Assembly (NCBI RefSeq): GCF_001194135.2
Contig: NC_068987.1
Coordinates: 50,226,798 to 50,290,797, forward strand
Source: Octopus bimaculoides
Taxonomy: Eukaryota
Length of the DNA: 64,000 nt
Reading direction: 5' to 3'
In this document: piece by piece, positions 36,361 through 48,395 of the stretch
Layout of the letters: each line of letters begins with the position of its first letter
Numbering within the stretch: position 1 is the first letter of the stretch
Position numbers and translations under genes: made by a program
The notes under the pieces: generated by a model
Database searches by the model: none
Told to the model about the DNA's origin: nothing
Seen by the model: the letters and a program-made list of their open reading frames with translations, nothing else

Positions 36361-39300
36361 CATCACTGCCACCAAGGAGGAGGATTGTTTAAGAAAAATC
36401 AGACTGATGGAACATTCTCTATGCTGATATCTGTGGCTAGAAATTATAGACAGAATGAGTTAGTAAAGAGTAACAAACTGAATCAGAAATTAAACCTGTG
36501 TAGCAGAATAAGCTTATATTATCTGATACTACTAATACTTTGTGACAAATTTTTGGCCCCAAGTATGACTATGTGGTCAACAAACCTGTTTACAAGAAAG
36601 TGGTTCCACTTTTGATCTCATTGTGTAATACTTTGACTTTCCACATCCTCTGATTGTCCAATGCTTTATGAGTAAAATTGAGACTGTGAAAACTGGTCAA
36701 TGACAGGAAAACCAATACAACCACAGCTGGTGTACTTGAACAAAGATACTTAGCATTTATTCCAACTAAGTTACACAGAACACTGTGTCTCTCATTATTG
36801 AAAATATAGTGAACCAATGACTAAGTCATTGGAAGAAAACTTTATAGTGTTGGATGCTTTTGTTCACAAAATGCGTGATAAAAAATAAAAAAAGAAAGAA
36901 AGAAAGAAAATGGAAAGAAATCAGAATCTTCATTGCAGTGGAAATAATAGTATTGGTGCTTGATGAATATCTTGCTGTGTTTATTTATGAACATAACTAC
37001 AGAAATGTACCACCACACTCTGAATTTGTGTCTCCATAACTTTATTAAAAATGCAGGTATTCAGATGAAATTCCCCAGAGGTACATTTTAGATTGTAAAC
37101 ATTTATTAGTCAGATCATTCCCTTTCACTCATTGCTAAATGCATAATTTTTAATGAAAATTTCCAGACATTAAATTTTGATAGGTAGAATGAAGATAAAA
37201 ATTTCTTTTCAAATTCTATCATGATAATCATATTCTGTATCCTTGAAAATGTATCTCTGGAAAATTTCCTTAAAATATGCATTTAACAAAATTTGGTAGC
37301 CTGAGATTAGGAACAGTCATCTGAGAAAAAATTTTTTTTTACCTTAATCCTTCTCCCTTCCTTGACATTGGATTGTACACCATTTAAAACATAACTCTGG
37401 AAAATTTCATTGAAAAATATGCATTTTTAAGAAATTATGGAAAACAGTCAGGGATGGGGCACACATCTGTAGTTATGCTCATTTATGTACCTTTACATTT
37501 GTCTTCAATCTCTTCTCTCTTCTGGGATTGATAAACTAAGTACTAGTGAATGACTAGGTCAATGTAATTCACCATGCCAAAATGTTTTTAGTTTTGTGCC
37601 TATGTTAGAAATAATTATTTTCTATGTGATGTGTGTGTGTGTTGATCATAAAAACTCTCAAATCAATTGTCAGTTATCTATTAAGTCTTCTGCACATTTT
37701 CCCCATTATTTAGAATATGTTTACTTTCGATATTTATGTGACATTAAATTCCTATTCCCTTATGTCAGTACTGCTATGCCTATCTTTGTCTTCTCAGAAA
37801 TTTTATTTCTCTTAGCTCAGTTTACTGGAGCCAGTTCTCAAGGTATTGAGACAAGAATTAACTTGTCAAGCCAGCTACAATATCATTAAAACAGCTTGTG
37901 TACTTAATGTTTACATGTTATTGAACTCCTGCCACTCCTTTTCAAAACATACATTAACAAGCTGCTTTCCTGTTTCCAGTAGCTTGTTCAAACTACTAAT
38001 TACATCTTTATATTTATATTTATGTATAATCTTTTTGAATCTCAATTTTTGTTTTTACTACAGGAATTTCTGTTGGAACCTATTTTTTTTTTAACCTCTT
38101 TTGTAATGAGTGTTTGGTCAGTCACTTATAGAGAAGTTCCCAAGGATATCTTACTCTAGAGTTGTGTATCACACTGACTAAAAACAGAACTTAGATGCAC
38201 TCTGTGGTTAATGAATAATTTGAAATGTGAGCCATTTGAGGTGCCATGTGCTATGAAGAGAAAAAGATATGCTTTAAAGTTGAAGTCTTTGGTGATGGAC
38301 ACCAGCAGACTTTATTTTTTCCCTTACTGAATTGATGCTGATGTAAACTATAACTGATCTTTTTTCATCCAGAAATTATCCTTCACAGTAATTAACCACT
38401 TATCTGTGATTGGTAGCAATCAATGAATGATTAGTATTATTGATTTAATGTGTATTAAAAGAAAACAGAAAAAAAAAATGGGAGTTGTAATATTCATATT
38501 TTTTACAGCATAAATGGCATTAAAATTTGTCACTGACTCAAGTCACATACTTACCAAGAGAAAGCCACACATTTGCAAAGTTAGAAGCAGGGGCTTATAA
38601 AGGCTGAGTTACAGCTTCACAAAGGCAGAATCATTATCTCACTATCCTGCCAGTATGCAACCACAGAATTAGCTTTCTGCTTCTAAACCTCTCTCATTTA
38701 ATACAGAGTTTCTCATTTGATCACAAAAATTAGACATTGTCTTGGCTGCTTAGTGGCTAAATAGGTGACTGCTTGCACAAGACAGATGTTTATCTCTGTT
38801 TATTTTTATCCCATTTTCTTTCAGTTGAAAATAATTACTGAAATTGAATTGAATCGAGGTGTTTACTTCATTCATTTTGTATAAATGTTGGTTCATTGAT
38901 GTAGTAAGAATATCAAACCACTCCTTAATTAGACTAGTCAGTTGCTTTACCAGACACTGTCTCATTCAGTTTTATAGACAGTATTCACATTAGCCATTAT
39001 GATGAAGAGACGGGGTGACCTAGATTGGTATGGCATCACTATTAGTTTACTTTAACATCTCAACCTGCAGATGTGTCATCCCTACTATAACTACCACTGT
39101 TCCTTAGTGGTTGTTTATCTGTACTGCTTATGTAGTCCACTCATACTTCCTGTTATGCTTTTTATCCAGTTGGGTACTCTTGCCTTCTCTTTGTGTGTTG
39201 TGTGCAAAAACAAATCATAAGTTGCATATACAATTTACATGAGGTAATCAAATCTAATCTTTACAGGTGTTTTGGAGATTTGAAGACAGGTTGATATAAT

Positions 39301-39829
39301 CATGCACATTATGCAAGGAAGTCCAATATTATGTTTATATTGTAGGTAAACAGCAGCAGCAAAAGAAAAGTATCAACTAGCATGGATTTCAATAGCTCTG
39401 TGCAACAATCCTGATATTTTCATGGGAAGGGCTGGGCATATAGCTAAAAGTGTGTATATATATATATATATATATATGTATATTGCTTAAGCATTGTGAT
39501 GCTAATAACCTGGTGTTAGAACTCCATATACATATGCTTCAGTACAAAGCATCAGTCAAGTACAAACTGGTAATAAGAAATTGTAACAACAAAGGAGTAA
39601 ACAGTTATGTTATGAACTTCATTAACTTACATCTGTTTCTGCTATAAGGTGCAATGCACTCATAGTTGAGTGCTTGAATATCACCTTATTGCTCCATCAA
39701 ATCTTCAAACATGAAGTGCCAACTATGAGTGCATTGCACTTAATAGAAACAGATGTAAGCTAATGAAGTTTGTAACATAATTGTTTATTCCTTTGTCATC
39801 CCAATTTCTTATATATATAATTAATTAAA

Positions 39830-40330
39830 TTGTCCCAAGGTTTGTGACCATGCTGGAACACCACCTGTCTGATAGGGTGCTACTTCAGTAGTACTTGACT
39901 TTTGGTTAATAAGAGCTTTTGATGCTGCTGCTTTCAGTTGCATTTCTTGCTTTGACATTGGTTTGTCTGGAATTATTGATAGTAGGTTATCTAAGTGCTT
40001 CTTGAATATGTCTACAGCCACTCTTTGCATATTTCTCAGCTTCTTTAGCTAGATATTAAAAAACTGTGGGCCTTTGAACTGTAGGCTGTTGCAGTAGGTG
40101 ATAGTGATTTACAGTGAGAAGGGTGAAGCCTCCAGGACTATGTAGTGATGACCAGTTTGGAGATTGGTATAGCTCTCAATACTCAAGTTTGGAGCAGGTC
40201 CAAGGATCTTCTATATTGAAATTCCTGCATATCTTTCTCATCCCACCCCGCTTAGAATAGAGTCTTAATGCTTTCCAGTCTCTCCCAGTAGCTTAGCTTT
40301 CTGATTTTAATGTGAAGACAATATCTTGTT
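39830..40330 (-). mobile_element. CR1/L2-group LINE 3' end, decayed
   Basis: Manual translation KLSYWERLE / RLYSKR..ERYA..I*KIL..PN..IESYTN..TGHH / YCNSLQFKGPQFFNI*LKKLRN..VDIFKKHLDNLLSIIPDKP, typical of the CR1-group post-RT C-terminus. Confidence 0.75.
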
Positions 40331-40659
40331 ATACTGTCTTGTTATAATGTCAAACAGGCTTTCATTGGAAGGGATTATCGATACAATATCTCTCAAGACA
40401 TCTTTGATTCTTTCTTGTATTCTCTTTGAAGCATCCTGGTTTTAGATTGGATCAATTTTATATTAAATCTATTATGCTGCTGTTATTGTCCATCACCAGT
40501 ACCATCATGCTTTTATCGAACATATTTATTTACTTCCATTTCATGACCATGTTTAGTGTAGGCTAAACATTGGCGAACATATTTATTGACTAGCTACTTT
40601 CCCAACTTAACGTCTTAAATATTAAAAAAAAATGTTTTAGGTGCTGATATACAATGTTT

Positions 40660-40823
40660 TAGGTGCTGATATGGCTGTGTGGTTAAGAAGTTTGCTTGCC
40701 AACCACATGGTTTTGGGTTCGATCCTACTACATGACACCTTGGACAAGAGTCTTCAACTATAACCCCAGGTCAACCAAAACCTTGCAAGTGGATTTGGTA
40801 GACAGACACTAAAAGGGACTTGT

Positions 40824-40861
<38 letters not shown>

Positions 40862-41135
40862 GAGAGAGAGAGATATAGATATAGATATAGCTGTGTTTGT
40901 GTCTGTGACTATGTCTTTCATTGTGTGATGGTTGCAAATGAGTATCATTGTCATACAAGAAGTACCATTTATTTTCTGTATTCTGCAAAATCATGTCTGG
41001 CTATGGAGAAATATTACCTTGCTTGGAAATAGTGAGGGTTAGTGATAGGAACCACACCTAGCTACAGAAAAATCTTTCTCAATAAACTCTGACCCCGGCA
41101 AGCATGGAAAAATGGCTGTTAAAATGATGATGATA
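40660..41135 (+). mobile_element. SINE with family-A head and family-D tail
   Basis: TGGCTGTGTGGTTAAG...GGGTTCGATCC...microsatellite...ATGGAGAAATATTACCTTGCTTGGAAA...GCAAGCATGGAAAAATGG..TTAAAATGATGATGAT; similar copy at 60160-60612; D tails alone at ~25990-26250, 41570-41790 and 49990-50225. Confidence 0.8.
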
Positions 41136-41177
41136 TTGCATGTTTAATTTGCATTTATTATCAAATATTCATCTTTG

Positions 41178-41212
<35 letters not shown>

Positions 41213-42228
41213 TCCTGTTACTAGTTTCAGTCATTTCACTAGTCATCTAAGGTTGTTTTTTTTTCTTTTAAGTGACCCTGTTGAATCCAGAACTTTTTCC
41301 AGTCTAGTTCTATTTACCTCTATTCATTAAATGGTTAAGTAACCTTTTGGCATAAAAAGATACAGTTTGATGCACTGCTTTACACCAACACAGTCACTCA
41401 TACATGCATGTGTACACACACACATGCACGTGCATACAGTGGTTTTTCACACAATTTCTGTCACTAAATTCCACCCAGGAGTCATTGGACAATTCAAGGC
41501 TACAGTAGAAGACACCTGTAAGAGTTAAACCAAAAAAGCCTGTTATGCATGTACTGTGTGTTTGTGTGTATGTGCATTTCCTTGTCTTGCCAGTGTGTGA
41601 TAGTTGTAAATGAGTGTCACTGTAATACAAGCAGTATCATTCATTTGTGATATTTTGCAAAAACATGTCTCACCATGGGGAAATACTAGCTTGCTTGGAA
41701 ACAGGTGGTGGTGACACAGGGCTGATGACACAAAAGGCATTCAACCATTGAAAATCTTTCACAATAAACTGTCTGATCCATGCAATCATGGAAAAGTGGG
41801 TGGTAAGTAGCTTGCTTACCAACCACATGGTTCCGGGTTCATTCCCACTGCGTGGAACCTTGGGCAAGTGTCTTCTACTAAAGCCTCGTTCCGACCAAAG
41901 CCTTGTGAGTGGATTTGGTAGACGGAAACTGAAAGAAGCCCGTCGTATATATGTATNNNNNNNNNNNNNNNNNNNNNNNNNNNNNNNNNNNNNNNNNNNN
42001 NNNNNNNGTGTTTACGTCCCCGTAACTTAGCGGTTCGGCACAAAGAGACTGAGAGAATAAGTACTAGGCTTACAAAGAATAAGTTCTGGGGGCGATTTGC
42101 TTGACTAAAGGCGGTGCTCCAGCATGGCCGCAGTCAAATGACTGAAACTAGTAAAAGAGTATATATATATACACATATACATATACATACATATAATGTT
42201 TAATTGGATTTTTTTTTCTTGTTTCAAG

Positions 42229-42374
42229 GTATCCTGCAAGGTACTTCTGCTCTTTTACTGGCATTTGATGAGTCTGAAGTCCGTAAAATAATTAGAGTGT
42301 GCAAGAATGTACTGGAATATTTGGCTATAACTGAAGTTGTAGATAAAATGGAGGACTTGGTTACCTATGTCAAG
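42229..42374 (+). CDS. VCL: Vinculin exon ([49 protein letters not shown])
   Basis: T-rich tract + tttcaag|GT...AAG|gtaagt (AAG acceptor); 146 nt, phase 1-0; the conserved [22 protein letters not shown] motif is present. Confidence 0.97.
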
Positions 42375-43812
42375 GTAAGTGGTAATTAACTATGACATGT
42401 GAATACATCTATGAGCTACATCATCTCTTGCACAGATGATTTCTCATTACATAAAGAATGTTTATATAAGCTGGGACAAATTCCATTGTTACCGTAACGT
42501 CATGACACATGTATAGTCTAGACCCTATTTAAAAAGCTGTGCACCTGAAAGAGCACACCATACCTGCAGGCTCACTGTTAAGCTATGTCTTCTCTGTTTT
42601 TGTTACAGCTATTACAATAGTTTTTTTCTCATCTGGCCTTGCTAGCTATATATCACTATCCTATCTGAACTCACTTAATGCACCACTTACTTTCCTGCTT
42701 TCTTTATACCACCTCAGCTATAGGTTACTCATTTCCCACTTAAAATTTTTCCCTTGTATCACAAAGCTGCAATGATTTAAATTCAGCACCAATTGTAACT
42801 GAACTCCTTCACAGGCATCAAAATATCATGCCATAAAAAGCCTACAGGTATTTACTTCTCAGACTAACACTAGCAAAATCAAAAAGAACCCTTAAAACTT
42901 GAAAATTCTTTTAAGATGCATTTAATGATGTTATTGGACACTGTAAGCATCAATCTGAACAGGTCTATGGATAAGGTACTTTTTGTCTCAAACTGGTGAC
43001 TAAACATCACATTAGATTGAAAATCATTGTAGTTAATCCTCTCATAGCATAAGCTATGGGGTTATTTCTTATTATGAATATTGACCTGTGGTAAGGACCC
43101 TTGATATATTGGACAATATTGTATATCATGTATATCATTATCATCACTTAATGTCCATGTTCCATAGTGACATGAGTTGGGTGGTTTGGTAGAAACCAAT
43201 GAGTTTGAAAAGTGCATCATGTTCCATCGTCTGCTTTGGCATGGTTTCTATAGTTGGATGCCTTTCCAAAAGTATGTTCTGGATGCTTTTTTCATGGCAC
43301 CAGCACTAGTGAGGATGTCATTCTACTTGCAAGACTAAGATTCCCCTTCACTGGGTGAAGCTACAATAGAGAGAGAGAGGTAACTTTATGCTTTGGGATG
43401 AGGGGTTAACATGAGAGAGGACCCAAAAACAGAACAGGTATCTTGCTGTGGAGGAGCTACTCACAGAAGTAACTACTTCCAAAAGACAGGGTGGGAGTGG
43501 CTATGGCGGAGGGGAAAGAGATAATGTATACTATTTCTATATTTAATCTGTCCTATTACACTATGAAGCTGATAAGATTAGCACAGTTAAGAACAAAAAA
43601 CAACAATAAAAAGAATTAAACTCCCAAATTGACGGAGCTGTTGTACCAGATTCTCTGTGATTAATTAGCAAACAATAGATACATGATTTAAGTTGTATTG
43701 TAAGGTTTGTCTCTTGTTTTCTGTCTCATTTTCTTACTTGTAGTTGTTTGCTAGTACTTTATACTGAAAACCTTAGAGTTGATTGAACCAGCATTATAAC
43801 GTTTATTTTCAG

Positions 43813-43981
43813 AATCTCAGTCCTGTGCTTACGAAAATCATCAAAGAAGTGGATGCCCGTGAGAAGGAACTGACACACCAAGTTCATCGTGATATGTTAA
43901 TCCGTTCATTGGATCAGGTGAAGAATCTCACTCCTGTTCTCATCAGTGGAGTGAAGATATTCATTACTGCCAAAGAGACAG
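43813..43981 (+). CDS. VCL: Vinculin exon (NLSPVLTKIIKEVDAREKELTHQVHRDMLIRSLDQVKNLTPVLISGVKIFITAKET-G)
   Basis: attttcag|AAT...ACAG|gtatgt; 169 nt, phase 0-1. Confidence 0.97.
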
Positions 43982-44740
43982 GTATGTTTTTAATAATTAT
44001 CTAGGATTATTTTTGTTTTAGTTGTTAATTTCAGGAATAGCATCTTTTATTATGAAAAGTAAGATAATCTAGATGGAACAGCTTTGATCTTAAAATCTCT
44101 GTAATCTGAGCTGGTGAGTGTCTAAACAACATCAGCTGACTATATGCTTTTGAAAAGACTATTTATAATGCAACATGTATGAGAATTAATTAGTTATAAG
44201 GCATCTCATCTCCACTATTTTTATCTCTTCTCAGCTCCACCCTGATTACTTCCATTCATTCTAAAATGTGAGTAGCCATGTAACCCCTCTGACCCATTCC
44301 CTCCTACTTTAATCACTCATCTCCTAGCATAAAGCCCCTTCTCACTGGATTTGTAGTCTTGCAAACTGCATGGCAATTTCAACAAGTACTGGTGGTGTGA
44401 AAAAAGCACTCAGCACATGCAGTAAAGAGGTTAGTGTTAGGAAGAACATCCAACCATAGAAACCACATCAAAGTGGATATTGGAGTAAAATATAGTCCTT
44501 GGACTTATCAGATCTTGTCAAACCATCCAATCCATGCCAGTATGGAACATGGATATTAAATGATGATGATACTGGTGATGATGAATGCAACATGTATGAC
44601 AATTATTTAATTATAATCTAACACATAATAGTCTCCAGAAAGGGAACCTCTATCTACCTGTTCAATGTCATAAAAAAAACAAACAAAAAAAAAACATTAT
44701 TTACATTTGACAGATATTTGTCCTCATCTTGTTTGCTGTT

Positions 44741-44786
44741 AACACAACGTTTCGGCTGATATACCATCCAGCCTTCATCAGGTGTC
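44741..44786 (-). ncRNA. Minimal type I hammerhead ribozyme motif with intact core
   Basis: Minus strand: GACAC (stem I 5') CTGATGA A GGCTG-GATGGTATAT-CAGCC (stem II) GAAAC GTT GTGTT (stem I 3'); CUGAUGA and GAAA cores intact; predicted cut 3' of GUU between 44746 and 44745. Confidence 0.75.
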
Positions 44787-44849
44787 TTGTGGAAATTTCG
44801 AACCTGGGTTCTCATTCCTAAGGTATTTTTTGATGTTGTTGTTGTTCAG

Positions 44850-44919
44850 GACACTGTCTGGAATCAGACGGAATCTTGGGGTTAGTAGCCTACGCTCTTG
44901 ACCACTATGCCATATGCCC
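44850..44919 (-). other. tRNA-derived segment (pseudo-tRNA / Pol III promoter-like head)
   Basis: GGGCATA-TGGCATAGTGGTCAAGAGC (A-box TGGCATAGTGG at 44902-44912)-G-TAGG-CTACTAA-CCCC (anticodon-loop-like, ACT)-AGATT-CCGTCTGATTCC (eroded B-box). Confidence 0.55.
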
Positions 44920-44949
44920 ATGGGCAATCATGGAATGAATTTTAGGGCT

Positions 44950-45518
44950 TATAAATCTAATATTTTCCTATCCTTCTTTAATACCACTTCCCATATGCTA
45001 TTCATATCTGCACTCAGTCTGCATAGGAGGTTGTTGTGTCCTAGCATATGTGCTGCTTCTTTTAGTTTTCATATTTTCCAGTGGTGTTCTCATTCTATTA
45101 TTTTAACTTCATCCCACTGGAGGAGGTGGTCTCCATTTTTCCATACTTGATCAGCTATACCCGATTTATCAACATCTCCTCGTGTCACAGCTTTGCGATG
45201 TTCCTCTACCCTTATTTTGAGGGGGCGACATGTTTCACCTTTATATAACCTACCACAGCTGCATGGGATGGAGTACATGCAGTTTTTGGTCATATTCTCT
45301 TCTATTGGTTGTTTTATCTGAAAGAGATATTTGCGAAGTGTTGTATTACTCTTGAATACTGTCCTGATGTCATATGGGCCGCATATCTTTTGTATCTTTT
45401 CGGAGAGGCCTTTCACATAGGGTAGACAAACTGTAGACAGTTTATTGGTTTCATCCTCTCTTTTCTTCTTTATATAGAACTGTATCAAAAATAAAATATT
45501 TCGGAGCAAATTATATCA
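44950..45518 (-). mobile_element. Penelope-like element, GIY-YIG endonuclease remnant
   Basis: LPYVKGLSEKIQKI...NCMYSIPCSCGRLYKGETCRPLKIRVEEHRKAV...SGIADQVW...WDEVKIIE*EHHWKI*KLKEAAH; PLE-type GIY-YIG with the Cys-containing Y-x-I-P-C-x-C motif; runs into the N-gap at 45519. Confidence 0.9.
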
Positions 45519-46080
45519 NNNNNNNNNNNNNNNNNNNNNNNNNNNNNNNNNNNNNNNNNNNNNNNNNNNNNNNNNNNNNNNNNNNNNNNNNNNNNNNNNN
45601 NNNNNNNNNNNNNNNNNNNNNNNNNNNNNNNNNNNNNNNNNNNNNNNNNNNNNNNNNNNNNNNNNNNNNNNNNNNNNNNNNNNNNNNNNNNNNNNNNNNN
45701 NNNNNNNNNNNNNNNNNNNNNNNNNNNNNNNNNNNNNNNNNNNNNNNNNNNNNNNNNNNNNNNNNNNNNNNNNNNNNNNNNNNNNNNNNNNNNNNNNNNN
45801 NNNNNNNNNNNNNNNNNNNNNNNNNNNNNNNNNNNNNNNNNNNNNNNNNNNNNNNNNNNNNNNNNNNNNNNNNNNNNNNNNNNNNNNNNNNNNNNNNNNN
45901 NNNNNNNNNNNNNNNNNNNNNNNNNNNNNNNNNNNNNNNNNNNNNNNNNNNNNNNNNNNNNNNNNNNNNNNNNNNNNNNNNNNNNNNNNNNNNNNNNNNN
46001 NNNNNNNNNNNNNNNNNNNNNNNNNNNNNNNNNNNNNNNNNNNNNNNNNNNNNNNNNNNNNNNNAGACACACAAATATAT

Positions 46081-46133
<53 letters not shown>

Positions 46134-47599
46134 TACGACAGGCTTCTTTCGGTTTCCGTCTACCAAATCCACTCACAAGGCTTTGGTCGGCCCGAGGCTA
46201 TAGTAGAAGACACTTGCCCAAGATGTCACGCAGTGGGACTGAACCCAGAACCATGTGGTTGGTAAGCAAGCTACTTACCACACAGCCACTCCTGTGCCTA
46301 TGATTGATTAAAAGCTAATTGATTAAAAGCTAATTTCTCTAACATAGAGAAGTTGTACTTCTCTTGAGTTACTAAGTTTTGATTTTGACTTGAAATTTAA
46401 AGTCATTTAGATAAACTCATCTGTCTCTGGTTCTTTGACAGAATTCCACTTGTTTTAAAGCATTTATGTTTAAATGACAATCATATTTAAATTTGTTAAA
46501 TCGTAATTTTATGTAAAGTCTTGTTAACTTTTTTGATACCAACATACCTAAGGCCCCAGTTCTAGGATATAAACTGTTTTAAATTATCTAAATTAAGACC
46601 TTTCCTCAAAATTTCATATTTTGTTCCAAACAACAGTTTAATGAGTTATTTGACTAAATTCATCATTATTTTCAATTTTAATTGAAATAAGGGCAGTGTA
46701 TTTCAACAGAAATCGATTAACAAACGGGTTAGTCTTCAACTAGTTTTCATTGGTCCACCAGCCAGATGTTGATTGTAATGTAAATAGCTTGGAAAGATTC
46801 TATGTAGGAAATGTGAATCAGACTTGTACAATACATATTTAGGCTATTCTAATGGAAGCTACTATGGTGTGGGTATAATGCCACTAGATTATCACAATGC
46901 AAACACTCATTCATCTGTGGCATTAGGAATATAGATCAAATTTAGTACAATAGTTTTATGCTGTTATGCTGTCAGCTACCTTTATGTAATGGCTGTGACC
47001 ACATGATACTTTTAGTCACATGGCAAGTATTGATAAAAGATACTGCATTTTGTGTACAGAAATACATTTTGGAGTCAGGTGATTCTTTACCTGATTACCA
47101 GATTTTAATAAAATATCATTAAATCAAGATAATAGGAAACTGACAAATGATTTTAAAAAAATTGTATTTGTATATTTTCTTTTATATCTTTCCTATTCAT
47201 CAAATATAGTTTTGTTTACTTTTTATGATGGGCCTTGATCAGCTATAAACAACAATCGAGTCCCTCTTAAATAATACTCTATTGTTTTAATAAATAAAAA
47301 CTATATTTGATAATGTAGTTCTGAATATGGTGCGTTAGGGTGGAAGAGGAATGGAAACGAATAGAATATGGTTGGAATGCTTATGTTCATAGGTCCTTTA
47401 GATCAAGAATAACATGGATGTAAACAATAACAGCAATTTTTATTTGATTATTATGTTTGAAACTCCACCTGAATTGCTCCAATAGACCAGCACTCTAGTA
47501 AATCACTCAGCTGTAAACTTTTTTGCACAAAGGTGTATATTGTGCAGTTGTTTTTGCATCTATATATTGTATGTGATGATGTGCATAATATATACACTA

Positions 47600-47649
<50 letters not shown>

Positions 47650-48235
47650 GGTGTACCTGTGTGGTAAAAAGCTTGCATCCCAACTACATGGTTCCAGGTT
47701 CAGTCCTTGGGCAAGTATTTTCTGCTATAGCCTCAGGTCAACCAAAGCCTTGTGAGTACATTTGATAGACAAAAACTGAAAGAAACCTGTTGTGTATATA
47801 CATATGTGTGTGTGTGTCTGTCTTTGTCTCCCACCACCACTTGACAACCACTATTGGTGTGTTTATGTCCCCATAACTTAGTGGTTTGGCAAAAGAGGCT
47901 GACAGAATAAGTACTAGGCTTAAAAAAAGGCCTGGGGGTTGATTTTTTATTAAAACCCTTCAAGGTGGTGCCCCAGCATAGCTGCAGTCATATGACTGAA
48001 ATAAGTAAGAGTATATATATATATATATATCTGATTTTGCATTTAGCATAACAAAAATGGCCGATCTGCCATTTATTCAATTATTTAAACCGTGCTTGAA
48101 TAATTGTGAATTGTTACCCATGAAACCATTGGTATGGTATTAACAAAACTCAACAATTAAAAGAATATGTGTATAATATTATATACTATTTATATATATA
48201 TATATATGTATATGTATATACACACTATTTATGTG

Positions 48236-48276
<41 letters not shown>

Positions 48277-48284
48277 AATGTAAG

Positions 48285-48395
48285 ACTACACATCCTTGGA
48301 GACAAAACAAAAATATTTATGAAACAAATATTTCCACACATTCAAGACTCCTCGCAAATGCCATCACCAAAACATACAAAAAAAAAACCCCCCTT
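48285..48395 (+). mobile_element. Possible Penelope-like RT N-terminal remnant
   Basis: With one frameshift: ILGDKT / NIYETNISTHSRLLANAITKTYKK, resembling the ADKTxNxY...Y..LL..NITKTYKK segment I recall from invertebrate PLE RTs; short and decayed. Confidence 0.4.

Noticed and set aside
42487-42800. Possible small solo LTR (TGTTAC...GTAACT, TATTTAAA inside)
   Set aside because: The end is not CA, there is no TSD (CCAT versus GAAC) and no second copy in the window.
44850-44919. Functional tRNA-Ser(ACT) gene
   Set aside because: The T-arm/B-box is eroded, and the anticodon and acceptor stems do not pair fully; treated as a tRNA-derived repeat head. The same applies to all SINE heads.
48090-48150. 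Possible third hammerhead (…TTACCCATGAAACC…)
   Set aside because: No CUGANGA core upstream and no closing stems.
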